The translations under genes were made by a program, and so were the position numbers. The notes below the pieces were generated by a model. The model ran no database searches. It was not told the origin of the DNA and was given only the letters and a program-made list of their open reading frames with translations. From a virus (Duplodnaviria; Caudoviricetes), in the IMG/VR virus record IMGVR_UViG_3300022178_002814, positions 1-32,578 of that record: 32,578 bases of DNA. One strand, given 5' to 3'. Every line of letters starts with the position of its first letter. Within the stretch, counting starts at the first letter, position 1. Positions 19,120 through 26,439 of this stretch are shown here, piece by piece.

Positions 19120-19157
19120 TACCATTTTGTACCCCGCGACAGGTCATTATCTGCGTT

Positions 19158-19186
19158 AAAAAAACCCCGCCATGTTTCAGACGGGT
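19158..19186 (-). terminator. Intrinsic terminator between the replication genes and terS
   Basis: CCCGTC-TGAAACAT-GGCGGG followed by G and T7. Confidence 0.75.
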
Positions 19187-19212
19187 AAAGGGTTATTCAC
19201 CCAAGGAGAATC
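19158..19212 (-). ncRNA. Candidate anti-Shine-Dalgarno small RNA
   Basis: Extended -10 TGA-TATTAT (19224-19216), seed TTCTCCTTGG, hairpin GGGT-GAATA-ACCC, then the terminator. Confidence 0.45.
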
Positions 19213-19221
19213 TTAATAATA

Positions 19222-19680
19222 TCACAGTCTTTGTTTTGGCAACAACTCTAGTGCAGTCTTGTAAGACCATATCTGATGCGGACTCAAGACCTCACCTGCT
19301 TCGTCACGGGCTTTTAATCTTCTAGCCCATTCTTTGTAGTCCTTATCTTTCTGAGGCTCTACAAGGGTCTTTACCATCTTTAGAATCTCGCTGTCTACAA
19401 GGTCAAGCGGTGCTTTAGGTGACTCAAGGTGTTTGTAATCAGGTTTAGGTGCTTGCTTGCAAAGTGTTTTAAATTGCATGAGGTTTGGGCAATTGTCAGG
19501 CAAGTGTTCTAAAGCCCAACCGATAGATTTTAAGTTGTCCTCAAAGGTTGACAATTCATGCGCCCAATGAGATTTGATGGTGTTTGCATCAACGTTGCTC
19601 CATTTGTTTTTAAACTCAGACCCGTAGCTTAGAGCAAGACGGTCAAATAGTCTGTCAATGACTTTAGTTGGCAATGTCAT
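19222..19680 (-). CDS. Replication accessory protein (lambda P-like position, putative helicase loader)
   Basis: Start moved to MTLPTKVIDRLF (AAGGA RBS); overlaps the 3' end of the initiator gene. Confidence 0.55.
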   Translation of the reverse strand: MTLPTKVIDRLFDRLALSYGSEFKNKWSNVDANTIKSHWAHELSTFEDNLKSIGWALEHLPDNCPNLMQFKTLCKQAPKPDYKHLESPKAPLDLVDSEILKMVKTLVEPQKDKDYKEWARRLKARDEAGEVLSPHQIWSYKTALELLPKQRL

Positions 19681-20539
19681 GCTGAATCCTTTGTGGTCGC
19701 TTGTAAGAGTCAAAAGCCTCGTCTATGGTTTTCATTTCATCGTCATGCGCTCTAGTGGCAACACCAGGCGCTAACTCCTGCATACGCAATCTATCAGCTT
19801 TCTGCCAAGGTGACTCATAAGTCTTCTGCACAATTTCAACGTTTAGCATTTCATCTTCCCAATGCTTGCCTTTCAACCAATTAACGCAGTCTTTAATAAA
19901 CCCCTCTTTAACCTTGCGACTTTTCCTGTACTCAAGCACACCTTCAGTTATCTTTTCTTGCAATTCTTTGTCAGGTGCTATTCGCTTCCATTCTTTAAAT
20001 GCTGCGGACTTTCCTTCACGTTTCGGGTAGTCAAGCCAGAATTCTTCAAAGTCTGCGCTATATATGTTTTTAGTAGTTTTATTTGAAGTTAATGGTAAAG
20101 ATAAAGATGATGGTGATGGTGATGGTGAAGAGGCATTTTCAAGCATAGGGTCAAGCATAGTGTCAGGGATTGCTTGAGCAATGCTTGAAGCATCAATTTC
20201 TTTCTTCCATCTTGCTGAAGCACCAGCCTTAGCCTTAGCCACAGCGGTTTCTTTGCGTGTCTTAGAATCAATTAACTCTTTCTCAATTCTTTTTTGTACC
20301 CAATGCCCATTTTCTATTTGAAAGTATGCTAAGAGTATGCGTCTAGCATTGCTCCAAGCATCTGGTGTCATCTTAGTTATTTGAGCCAAAACTTCATCAT
20401 CATCTGGTGGTCTACCGTTTTTCCAGTAGTCCATCAAAAGCAAAAAATATGCTCCATGCTGTTGAGTGGTCAATCTTGATGTTGCTGAAAGGTAATCACC
20501 TATAAATATAGGCATCCATATATCAGTCTTGTTACTCAT
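19664..20539 (-). CDS. Replication initiator, YdaU/DUF1376 N-terminus
   Basis: WMPIFIGDYLSATSRLTTQQHGAYFLLL, PSPSPS linker, FEEFWLDYPKREGK helix; ATG 20539 has a GGAG RBS. Confidence 0.85.
   Translation of the reverse strand: MSNKTDIWMPIFIGDYLSATSRLTTQQHGAYFLLLMDYWKNGRPPDDDEVLAQITKMTPDAWSNARRILLAYFQIENGHWVQKRIEKELIDSKTRKETAVAKAKAGASARWKKEIDASSIAQAIPDTMLDPMLENASSPSPSPSSLSLPLTSNKTTKNIYSADFEEFWLDYPKREGKSAAFKEWKRIAPDKELQEKITEGVLEYRKSRKVKEGFIKDCVNWLKGKHWEDEMLNVEIVQKTYESPWQKADRLRMQELAPGVATRAHDDEMKTIDEAFDSYKRPQRIQHDIAN
20058..20194. repeat. Putative replication origin: AAGCAT/ATGCTT iterons next to an AT-rich tract
   Basis: TCAAGCATAG twice in tandem, inverted TTGCTTGA/ATGCTTGA, AT-rich 20058-20100; a lambdoid-type origin inside the initiator gene. 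Confidence 0.6.
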
Positions 20540-20540
20540 T

Positions 20541-20676
20541 ACAATCTCCATTGGTGCTGGACTGTTCGGTGAAAATTCCGAAGGGTCAGGCAACCTGTAA
20601 GGTCTATGGTACGGTCAAACAGACCAGCCCAATGAAGACTGTTATGTAAGACCCTTTATGCGCCTTTCACTGCGCT
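20541..20676 (-). ncRNA. Structured 5' leader of the initiator (C4/CI-like antisense or cis-regulatory RNA)
   Basis: 14-bp stem (20642-20629 with 20554-20541) covering the GGAG RBS, continued by an 11-bp stem; loop boxes complementary to 5' boxes. Confidence 0.6.
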
Positions 20677-20682
20677 GATAAC

Positions 20683-20711
20683 ATTATAAATCATAAATCT
20701 GTTGACTTCAA
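20683..20711 (-). promoter_or_regulatory. Leftward sigma70 promoter TTGAAG-N17-TATAAT
   Basis: Perfect -10 and 17-nt spacer; the -35 is overlapped by the palindrome GTTGA-CT-TCAAC (20701-20712). Confidence 0.75.
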
Positions 20712-20714
20712 CAC

Positions 20715-20729
20715 TAGGGAAAGTACCTA
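20715..20729. promoter_or_regulatory. TAGG-N7-CCTA palindromic operator-like site
   Basis: TAGGGAAAGTACCTA in the divergent control region; a related site lies at 22864-22881. Confidence 0.45.
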
Positions 20730-20820
20730 TAAAAATAATTGTCTAATGTCTACTTCTGCGTAATTATTTGTGCTGTAATGTGTACATGGTGATTAACACC
20801 AATAACCAAGGAGAAACAAA

Positions 20821-21012
20821 ATGAGAGTTATGCATCTAAACAAAAGCGGTTCAGGTTTTTCATTTAAATCAGCTTGCGGTAGAAATATGTTACGCACACC
20901 TTTGTCAACATCTTGGGAAGATTTTAAAAAAGAACCATTGCAAAATCGTTGTGCAAAATGCATGACCAGTAAGCAGTTTTTATTAAACACGAAACACGAT
21001 TTAAAAAACTAA
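20821..21012 (+). CDS. Small early protein, possible Zn finger
   Basis: AGGAG RBS; H...CG...CAKC pattern. Confidence 0.7.
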   Translation: MRVMHLNKSGSGFSFKSACGRNMLRTPLSTSWEDFKKEPLQNRCAKCMTSKQFLLNTKHDLKN

Positions 21013-21050
21013 ACACAAACGGGGGCTAGTCCCCCACCAAGGAGAAAACC

Positions 21051-21293
21051 ATGAATGAAATAGAACGCAAGTTTTTAGAAATCTACGGTGAGTTTAACTT
21101 GACCACCAAAGGCCCTGAGTATCGTATATTTCGCACAGGTTGGAACGCAGGTCACAAATTAGAAAACAATCGCATTGTCACTAACCTAAAAGTGTTGCGT
21201 TCACGTCAAGACCAAACCACAGACTATGAAGAGGGTCGGCACGATGGTTTGGGTACGGCAATTGCATTTGCAGAATCAGAGGTGGAATTATGA
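21051..21293 (+). CDS. Hypothetical early protein
   Basis: AGGAG RBS preceded by a GGGGG-CTAGT-CCCCC hairpin. Confidence 0.7.
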   Translation: MNEIERKFLEIYGEFNLTTKGPEYRIFRTGWNAGHKLENNRIVTNLKVLRSRQDQTTDYEEGRHDGLGTAIAFAESEVEL

Positions 21294-21478
21294 ACCGCTA
21301 CATAGTACGAGCCACACGTTTGCAGACCGTTGAAATTATGGTCACAGGTTGGGATGAAGACGATGCATTTGAAAACGCAATGGCGTCTACAGATTGGGAT
21401 GTAATCGACACAGGTGAGCATGACGATGCGTGTGTCATAGAAGTAACCAACGACATTAACTATCAGGAGGAAGCATGA
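21290..21478 (+). CDS. Small acidic early protein
   Basis: ATGA overlap and GAGG RBS; very Asp/Glu-rich. Confidence 0.7.
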   Translation: MNRYIVRATRLQTVEIMVTGWDEDDAFENAMASTDWDVIDTGEHDDACVIEVTNDINYQEEA

Positions 21479-21606
21479 AAACAGTATTTGTAAATATCCG
21501 CATGACACCAGAGATGCGAGCAATGATTAAACAATTGGCTGATAAAGAGTGTAGGAGTGTGTCGGCTCAAATCAACTTCATGCTGACAGCGATGCTGAAG
21601 AAATGA
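21475..21606 (+). CDS. Arc/Mnt-like ribbon-helix-helix regulator
   Basis: Not in the track: MKTVFVNIRMTPEMRAMIKQLADKECRSVSAQINFMLTAMLKK; AGGAGG RBS, ATGA overlaps at both ends. Confidence 0.8.
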   Translation: MKTVFVNIRMTPEMRAMIKQLADKECRSVSAQINFMLTAMLKK

Positions 21607-21911
21607 CACCTAGTCAACGCACAGTAGCGCACCTACGCAAACTTGGCTACCAAACAGCTAATGTGGAAACATACAATAGCTTCACAAAACGCAAGCATGA
21701 TTTGTTTGGCTGTATTGACATACTGGCCATTGGAAACGGTGAGACTTTAGCCGTTCAAGTGACTAGCAAATCCAATATGTCATCACGCATTAAAAAGATT
21801 GAAGCAAGTGAGGCATTAACTGAAATGCTACGTTCAGGTTGGCGTGTCATCGTGCATGGTTGGTTTCGCAAAGAAAACGGTAGGTATGAATTAAAGGAGT
21901 TTGAATTTTGA
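21603..21911 (+). CDS. PD-(D/E)XK-fold nuclease (Holliday junction resolvase-like)
   Basis: LRKLGY...DLFGCIDILAI...LAVQVTS motif. Confidence 0.7.
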   Translation: MTPSQRTVAHLRKLGYQTANVETYNSFTKRKHDLFGCIDILAIGNGETLAVQVTSKSNMSSRIKKIEASEALTEMLRSGWRVIVHGWFRKENGRYELKEFEF

Positions 21912-22753
21912 AGATAAGCCCATACAACATAATTGAACCAACCTCTATTAGTTTTAGTGGTGGCAGAACTTCAGCTTATATGCTTTATCAAGTTTTACAA
22001 GCACATAGCGGCAAGCTGCCAGATGAGGCCATAGTAGTTTTTGCAAACACAGGAAAAGAAGACTTAGCCACTTTAAAATTTGTGCATGATTGTGAAATAA
22101 ATTGGAATGTTAAGATACATTGGGTTGAATATAGAAATAACGAACAAGGTTTTGAAGAAGTTGATTTTGATTCAGCTAGTAGGAACGGTGAACCTTTTGA
22201 AATGGTTATTAAAAAATATGCCAAACTTCCAAACCCTGCCCAAAGATGGTGTACAGGAAAACTAAAAATTCAAACAATGGCTAAGTTCTTGCGTTTCAAA
22301 GGTTTTGAAGGCTCATTGCAAGAATTAGAAAATGTTAGTTTTATTGGCATTAGATATGACGAGCGTAGACGTGCTGTTAAATTTGAAAGAGATAAGCTGC
22401 CGTTAGTGACTGCTAAAGTTACGAAAGAAATTGTAGGTAATTTTTGGCGCAATCAATCCTTTGATTTGGGTTTACCAAATATGAATGGCGTAACTATGCA
22501 CGGTAACTGTGACCTTTGTTATTTAAAACCATTAGGACAAATACAATCCTTAATTAGAGAAAAGCCAGAACGTGCTTTGTGGTGGGCAAAAATGGAAACA
22601 TACGTTACCGAAAATGGTGGAAACACTTTTAACTCTGCAAATAATTTTAACCAATCTAGACCAACGTATAATCAAATGGCTAAATTTAATATTGACCAAA
22701 ACACTTTGTTTGATTTAGACGAAGAATCTATACCTTGTTTTTGTGGAGATTAG
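21908..22753 (+). CDS. PAPS-reductase-like adenine nucleotide alpha-hydrolase
   Basis: PP-loop SFSGGRTS, FANTGKE, WCTGKLK, IGIRYDE, GNCDLC and PCFCGD; TTG start with AAGGAG RBS. Confidence 0.85.
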   Translation: MKISPYNIIEPTSISFSGGRTSAYMLYQVLQAHSGKLPDEAIVVFANTGKEDLATLKFVHDCEINWNVKIHWVEYRNNEQGFEEVDFDSASRNGEPFEMVIKKYAKLPNPAQRWCTGKLKIQTMAKFLRFKGFEGSLQELENVSFIGIRYDERRRAVKFERDKLPLVTAKVTKEIVGNFWRNQSFDLGLPNMNGVTMHGNCDLCYLKPLGQIQSLIREKPERALWWAKMETYVTENGGNTFNSANNFNQSRPTYNQMAKFNIDQNTLFDLDEESIPCFCGD

Positions 22754-22756
22754 GTA

Positions 22757-22867
22757 ATGAAAGAACAATTAGAAAAAGCATTACAACTCTTACGAAATGG
22801 TTATGTTGAAGCAGCTTATGACTTAATTAACGATGCAATATTAAAATATTTAAGCAACAAGCAATAG
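22757..22867 (+). CDS. 36-aa hypothetical protein
   Basis: MKEQLEKALQLLRNGYVEAAYDLINDAILKYLSNKQ with GGAG upstream. Confidence 0.5.
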   Translation: MKEQLEKALQLLRNGYVEAAYDLINDAILKYLSNKQ

Positions 22868-22881
22868 GTACAAACACCTAT
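22864..22881. promoter_or_regulatory. ATAGGT-N6-ACCTAT palindrome upstream of the recombination genes
   Basis: Perfect 6-bp inverted repeat before an AT-rich intergenic stretch and an AGGAG RBS. Confidence 0.45.
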
Positions 22882-22934
22882 GTATTTTATTGTCAAATAA
22901 TTTTAATATTTAGTTTCACAAGGAGATTATAAAA

Positions 22935-23123
22935 ATGAAATCAGACCACAACTACGGTTACTTTGCAGACCTCAGCCACCCTAACTGGACTGGTCGCACA
23001 CTTAGAGAATCAATCGGTGGCGAATATGCCCGTGAGCACACAGCAAGCAAACGCATTCCACCAATTGCATACGTCATTGCATTTGTTACACTTTTTACCC
23101 TACTTACCGCTAACTTTATTTGA
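22935..23123 (+). CDS. Small protein with C-terminal transmembrane helix
   Basis: AGGAG RBS; ends IAYVIAFVTLFTLLTANFI. Confidence 0.7.
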   Translation: MKSDHNYGYFADLSHPNWTGRTLRESIGGEYAREHTASKRIPPIAYVIAFVTLFTLLTANFI

Positions 23124-23130
23124 GAACATT

Positions 23131-23685
23131 ATGAAACAAATCTGCACAGCCTTCGTACAGGCACAAAAGGAATTTAACCCCGCACTTAAATCAGCAACTA
23201 ACCCACACTTTAAGTCCAAGTATGCTGACCTTGCCGCTTGCGTAGAAGCCGTTATAGACGCTTTAAATAACCACGGCATAGCATTGATGCAACTTAACCA
23301 TGAATCGCAAGGTGGCGTGACTGTTGAAACAATGTTTATACATGAATCAGGTGAAACGCTTAGTAGTGGCAAGCTATTTGTACCTGCAAGCAAGCAAGAC
23401 CCACAAGGTTTTGGTTCTGCGCTAACGTATGCTCGCAGATATAGCTTAATGGCGGCTTGCGGTATTGCGCCAGAGGATGACGATGGCAATGCAGGTAGCC
23501 GTAAAGCACCACAAGACGCCTCTGTTGCGATTAAATCAATACAAGCTAGTAAGACACTAGATGAACTAAAAGCACACTATACAGCCTCGTATGCTTTGTT
23601 TGGCAATAACAAAGACTTGCTTGCACAACTCAGCAAAGCTAAAGATGTACGCAAGGCAGAACTGTTGGAGGTGACGCATGATTGA
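23131..23685 (+). CDS. erf: Erf-family ssDNA annealing protein
   Basis: NPHFKSKYADL, HESGE, GSALTYARRYSL and EDDDGN; start moved to MKQICTAF. Confidence 0.93.
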   Translation: MKQICTAFVQAQKEFNPALKSATNPHFKSKYADLAACVEAVIDALNNHGIALMQLNHESQGGVTVETMFIHESGETLSSGKLFVPASKQDPQGFGSALTYARRYSLMAACGIAPEDDDGNAGSRKAPQDASVAIKSIQASKTLDELKAHYTASYALFGNNKDLLAQLSKAKDVRKAELLEVTHD

Positions 23686-24295
23686 GCAAGGTACACCTGA
23701 ATGGCAGGCACTCAGAACGGGTTTTCTGACAGCATCACGCACAGCAGACATGCTCGCAACAATTAAAACTGGCGAATCAGCTTCACGCAGAAACTTGAGA
23801 ACCGAATTAGTCGTTGAACGATTGACTAATTGCAAAACTGAGGGCTTTACAAGTTCAGCGATGCAATGGGGCATAGATAATGAACCACTTGCACGTATGG
23901 CTTATGAGGTTAAAACAAACTCATTTGTAGACCAAGTGGCTTTTGTTCGACATAAAACGATTGACTGGTTTGGTTGTTCGCCAGATGGTTTGGTTGATGA
24001 TGACGGAATGGTTGAATTTAAATGCCCAAATTCTGCCACACATTTAGAGTATTTAGAATCGCTTGAAGTGCCTAAAAACTACTACACACAAATGCAAACT
24101 CAATTGTCTGTAACAGGTCGCAAGTGGAATGATTTTTGCAGCTTCGACCCAAGATTTCCAGATGGGTTGCAATTGCTTATCATTCGTGTCAATCGGGATG
24201 AAGAGTTTATTGCCAAACTAGAATCTGAGGCAATTAAGTTTTTGGCTGAAGTTGACGCAAAAGTTAAAAACTTGCAATCACAGGTGCAAATATGA
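23678..24295 (+). CDS. YqaJ/lambda-exonuclease family
   Basis: QGTPEW...LTAS, AMQWG..NEP.AR, CSPDGLV, EFKCP and QMQTQL. Confidence 0.93.
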   Translation: MIEQGTPEWQALRTGFLTASRTADMLATIKTGESASRRNLRTELVVERLTNCKTEGFTSSAMQWGIDNEPLARMAYEVKTNSFVDQVAFVRHKTIDWFGCSPDGLVDDDGMVEFKCPNSATHLEYLESLEVPKNYYTQMQTQLSVTGRKWNDFCSFDPRFPDGLQLLIIRVNRDEEFIAKLESEAIKFLAEVDAKVKNLQSQVQI

Positions 24296-24492
24296 GCCAA
24301 GAAGACATGACCCTTGAGGAACTCAAAAAAGGTGAATTGACAGCCATAGACGCATTAAAAAAATTTGGCTGCTTTCGTTTAGCGGCAAGAATCTATAGAT
24401 TAAGACAAGCTGGTCACAAAATTGAAAAGCGCATGCAACGCTTAAACAATAACAAAAACATAGCAGTTTACTCACTTAAGGAATCAAAATGA
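24292..24492 (+). CDS. Winged HTH protein
   Basis: LTAIDALKKFGCFRLAARIYRLRQAGHKI motif. Confidence 0.8.
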   Translation: MSQEDMTLEELKKGELTAIDALKKFGCFRLAARIYRLRQAGHKIEKRMQRLNNNKNIAVYSLKESK

Positions 24493-24878
24493 AAGCATCA
24501 GGAATCGCAAGAATCGGTAAAGACGTAGAAGTTCGTTACTCACCAAATGGTGATGCAATTGCAAACCTATCTCTAGCATTTACTTATGGCAAAAAACAAG
24601 CAGATGGCAAACGTGCGACTCAATGGGTAGATGCAACGCTTTTTGGCAAACGTGCCGAATCACTTGCACCGTACTTAAAAAAAGGTGGGCAGATTGTCGC
24701 TTATTTAAGTGATGTCAACATACAAACTTATGAAAGCAAGTCAGGACAAGGTGTAAAACTTGTCGGCAAAGTTGATGATTTAGAGTTAATCGGTGGGCAA
24801 GTAGAACGAGCACCCCAACCAGTTGCACAGGCAAAACCTGTTGAGCTTGCTGACCTGTCAGACGATGTGCCATTTTAA
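24489..24878 (+). CDS. ssb: Single-stranded DNA-binding protein
   Basis: OB-fold motifs (RIGKDVEVRY, YLKKG) and acidic DDVPF tail. Confidence 0.95.
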   Translation: MKASGIARIGKDVEVRYSPNGDAIANLSLAFTYGKKQADGKRATQWVDATLFGKRAESLAPYLKKGGQIVAYLSDVNIQTYESKSGQGVKLVGKVDDLELIGGQVERAPQPVAQAKPVELADLSDDVPF

Positions 24879-24886
24879 GGTGATGT

Positions 24887-25102
24887 ATGAACGCCAATGC
24901 AAAACAAATTCAAGGCAGCCATTATAAAACAAACATACAACCTTGGGATGCTATTACAGACTGGGAGTTAGGCTTTCTTGATGGCTGCGCTGTCAAGTAC
25001 CTATCTCGGTGGCGTAAAAAAGGTGGCGTGGATGACTTGCGTAAAGCAGTTCATTTTATAGAAAAGTTAATCGAAGTGGAGATTGCAAATGAGAAAAGCT
25101 AA
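24887..25102 (+). CDS. DUF3310 (SaV/T7 gp1.7-like) protein
   Basis: GSHY...IQPWD...VKYLSRWRKKGGVDDLRKA. Confidence 0.85.
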   Translation: MNANAKQIQGSHYKTNIQPWDAITDWELGFLDGCAVKYLSRWRKKGGVDDLRKAVHFIEKLIEVEIANEKS

Positions 25103-25397
25103 AAACCGTCAACCAATCATAGATTATTGCAATAAGCCTAGAACTTCAAGGGATATTATGGCTACCTTTGTGATGAGTGGTGGTGTTGCTCATTGCATTA
25201 TGAACCAACTTATTGACCAAAAATTGATTGTTAGAGGCAAGAAAAGTGTTGGTAAGTCTAGCAAACTTATGTATGTCATACCTTCCAATCAACACCTATT
25301 ACATCAATCGGAAGACATTACTGTAGGCAACCTATTGGAATTATTGCCTGCACATGACCCTTTTGGTTGGTGTAAAGGTGCTAGTCATGCACGATGA
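25089..25397 (+). CDS. Hypothetical protein, possible winged HTH
   Basis: GGAG RBS before ATG 25089; helix-turn-helix-like pattern. Confidence 0.6.
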   Translation: MRKAKNRQPIIDYCNKPRTSRDIMATFVMSGGVAHCIMNQLIDQKLIVRGKKSVGKSSKLMYVIPSNQHLLHQSEDITVGNLLELLPAHDPFGWCKGASHAR

Positions 25398-25737
25398 CAT
25401 TAGTAGCTATAAAGGGTTAATCAGCGCCATCATAACTAGAGCAATCCTTGATTCGGTAGCGCCACTAATTAACAATCACAAAAAGTTATCACCTTTAGCT
25501 CAAAGTGGGCTTGATTTTTTGTTAAGTAAAGATGTGGAAGTTTACCTAGATTTTTTAAACATAGACATTGATTACTTCCAAAAGAACTTAGTTGACTCTA
25601 TGTTTAAAGACAACATCAATGACCATGAATTTAACGCAACAAAGAAACGTATGTTTAGAATAAATTACAAAAAATGGGTGCAAGAAAAAAACAAAAAGTT
25701 AATCTTTATGGCTACCTATAAAGTCAATCGCAAATGA
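25387..25737 (+). CDS. Hypothetical protein
   Basis: Start at MHDDIS; tightly packed in the operon. Confidence 0.6.
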   Translation: MHDDISSYKGLISAIITRAILDSVAPLINNHKKLSPLAQSGLDFLLSKDVEVYLDFLNIDIDYFQKNLVDSMFKDNINDHEFNATKKRMFRINYKKWVQEKNKKLIFMATYKVNRK

Positions 25738-26087
25738 AAAAGGCAATAGTAACCCTTGCAAAAGACAGGTCTAAAGTTATCCAAATGGTAACACAAGCAC
25801 CAGATGGGTATGTAGTTGAGATAAAGCAAGCAAATCGAACTATTGAGCAAAACTCGCTCTACTGGACTGCTGTTCACGAGATAGCAGAATCAACATTTTT
25901 AAACGGCAAGGCATTTACCCCTGAAGTGTGGCATGTATATTTCAAACAGAGGTACTTGTCTGGTCGCATGATTGAACTACCGAACGGTCAGTTAATTGAA
26001 GCTGACGCAACCACTACCGAGCTTTCCAAAGAGGAATTCTCGGACTTTGTTAATGAAGTACTATCCTTTCAGGAACACAACAGATGA
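25734..26087 (+). CDS. ninB: NinB/Orf-family recombination protein
   Basis: RTIEQNSLYW...EVWHVYFK...TTELSKEEFSDFV. Confidence 0.85.
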   Translation: MKKAIVTLAKDRSKVIQMVTQAPDGYVVEIKQANRTIEQNSLYWTAVHEIAESTFLNGKAFTPEVWHVYFKQRYLSGRMIELPNGQLIEADATTTELSKEEFSDFVNEVLSFQEHNR

Positions 26088-26233
26088 AACTCTTAGCCGC
26101 AATCCTTCTATCTTTATCAGCCACCGCAGTCTGGGCTGCTTGTACCACACACAGCTACACCGTCAAGGGTCAGACAGTCTACTGCATGACTTGCTGTTAC
26201 GCTGGTGGCAACTGCAACACAACCTGCAATTGA
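26084..26233 (+). CDS. Secreted Cys-rich miniprotein (49 aa)
   Basis: Not in the track: MKLLAAILLSLSATAVWA-ACTTHSYTVKGQTVYCMTCCYAGGNCNTTCN; ATGA overlap with ninB, AGGA RBS. Confidence 0.8.
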   Translation: MKLLAAILLSLSATAVWAACTTHSYTVKGQTVYCMTCCYAGGNCNTTCN

Positions 26234-26439
26234 ATCTAGTCAAAACTCCTCTGGGTGAGACAATAGATTCAAGCTCAGAGGAATGGCGAGCATGGTGTGA
26301 AGCTAGGCATGTTTTAAAATTACCAAAACTAAATGACCGTCAGCTTTATATCGAGTCTGTTACAAAAGTTCGTGGTCAAAAAGCCGCACAAACCTTACAG
26401 GACAATATTCGTGTCATCTGGAATCTATCGAAGTCCTAA
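26230..26439 (+). CDS. Conserved hypothetical protein (SEEWRAWCEAR motif)
   Basis: 3' part of track ORF 25996..26439; TTG start overlaps the previous stop. Confidence 0.6.
   Translation: MNLVKTPLGETIDSSSEEWRAWCEARHVLKLPKLNDRQLYIESVTKVRGQKAAQTLQDNIRVIWNLSKS

Noticed and set aside
19083-19325. Plus-strand 80-aa ORF across the terS upstream region
   Set aside because: It has no convincing RBS and overlaps regulatory elements and the opposite-strand gene.
20089-20271. ORF containing a poly-His tract
   Set aside because: It is an alternative frame of the (GATGGT)n repeat encoding the PSPSPS linker of the initiator.
22963-23130. Extended N-terminus for Erf
   Set aside because: It overlaps a gene with a strong RBS, and Erf similarity begins at MKQICTAF.
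25996-26229. N-terminal half of the 147-aa track ORF
   Set aside because: It overlaps ninB and the better-supported Cys-rich secreted ORF; only the part from 26230 looks real.
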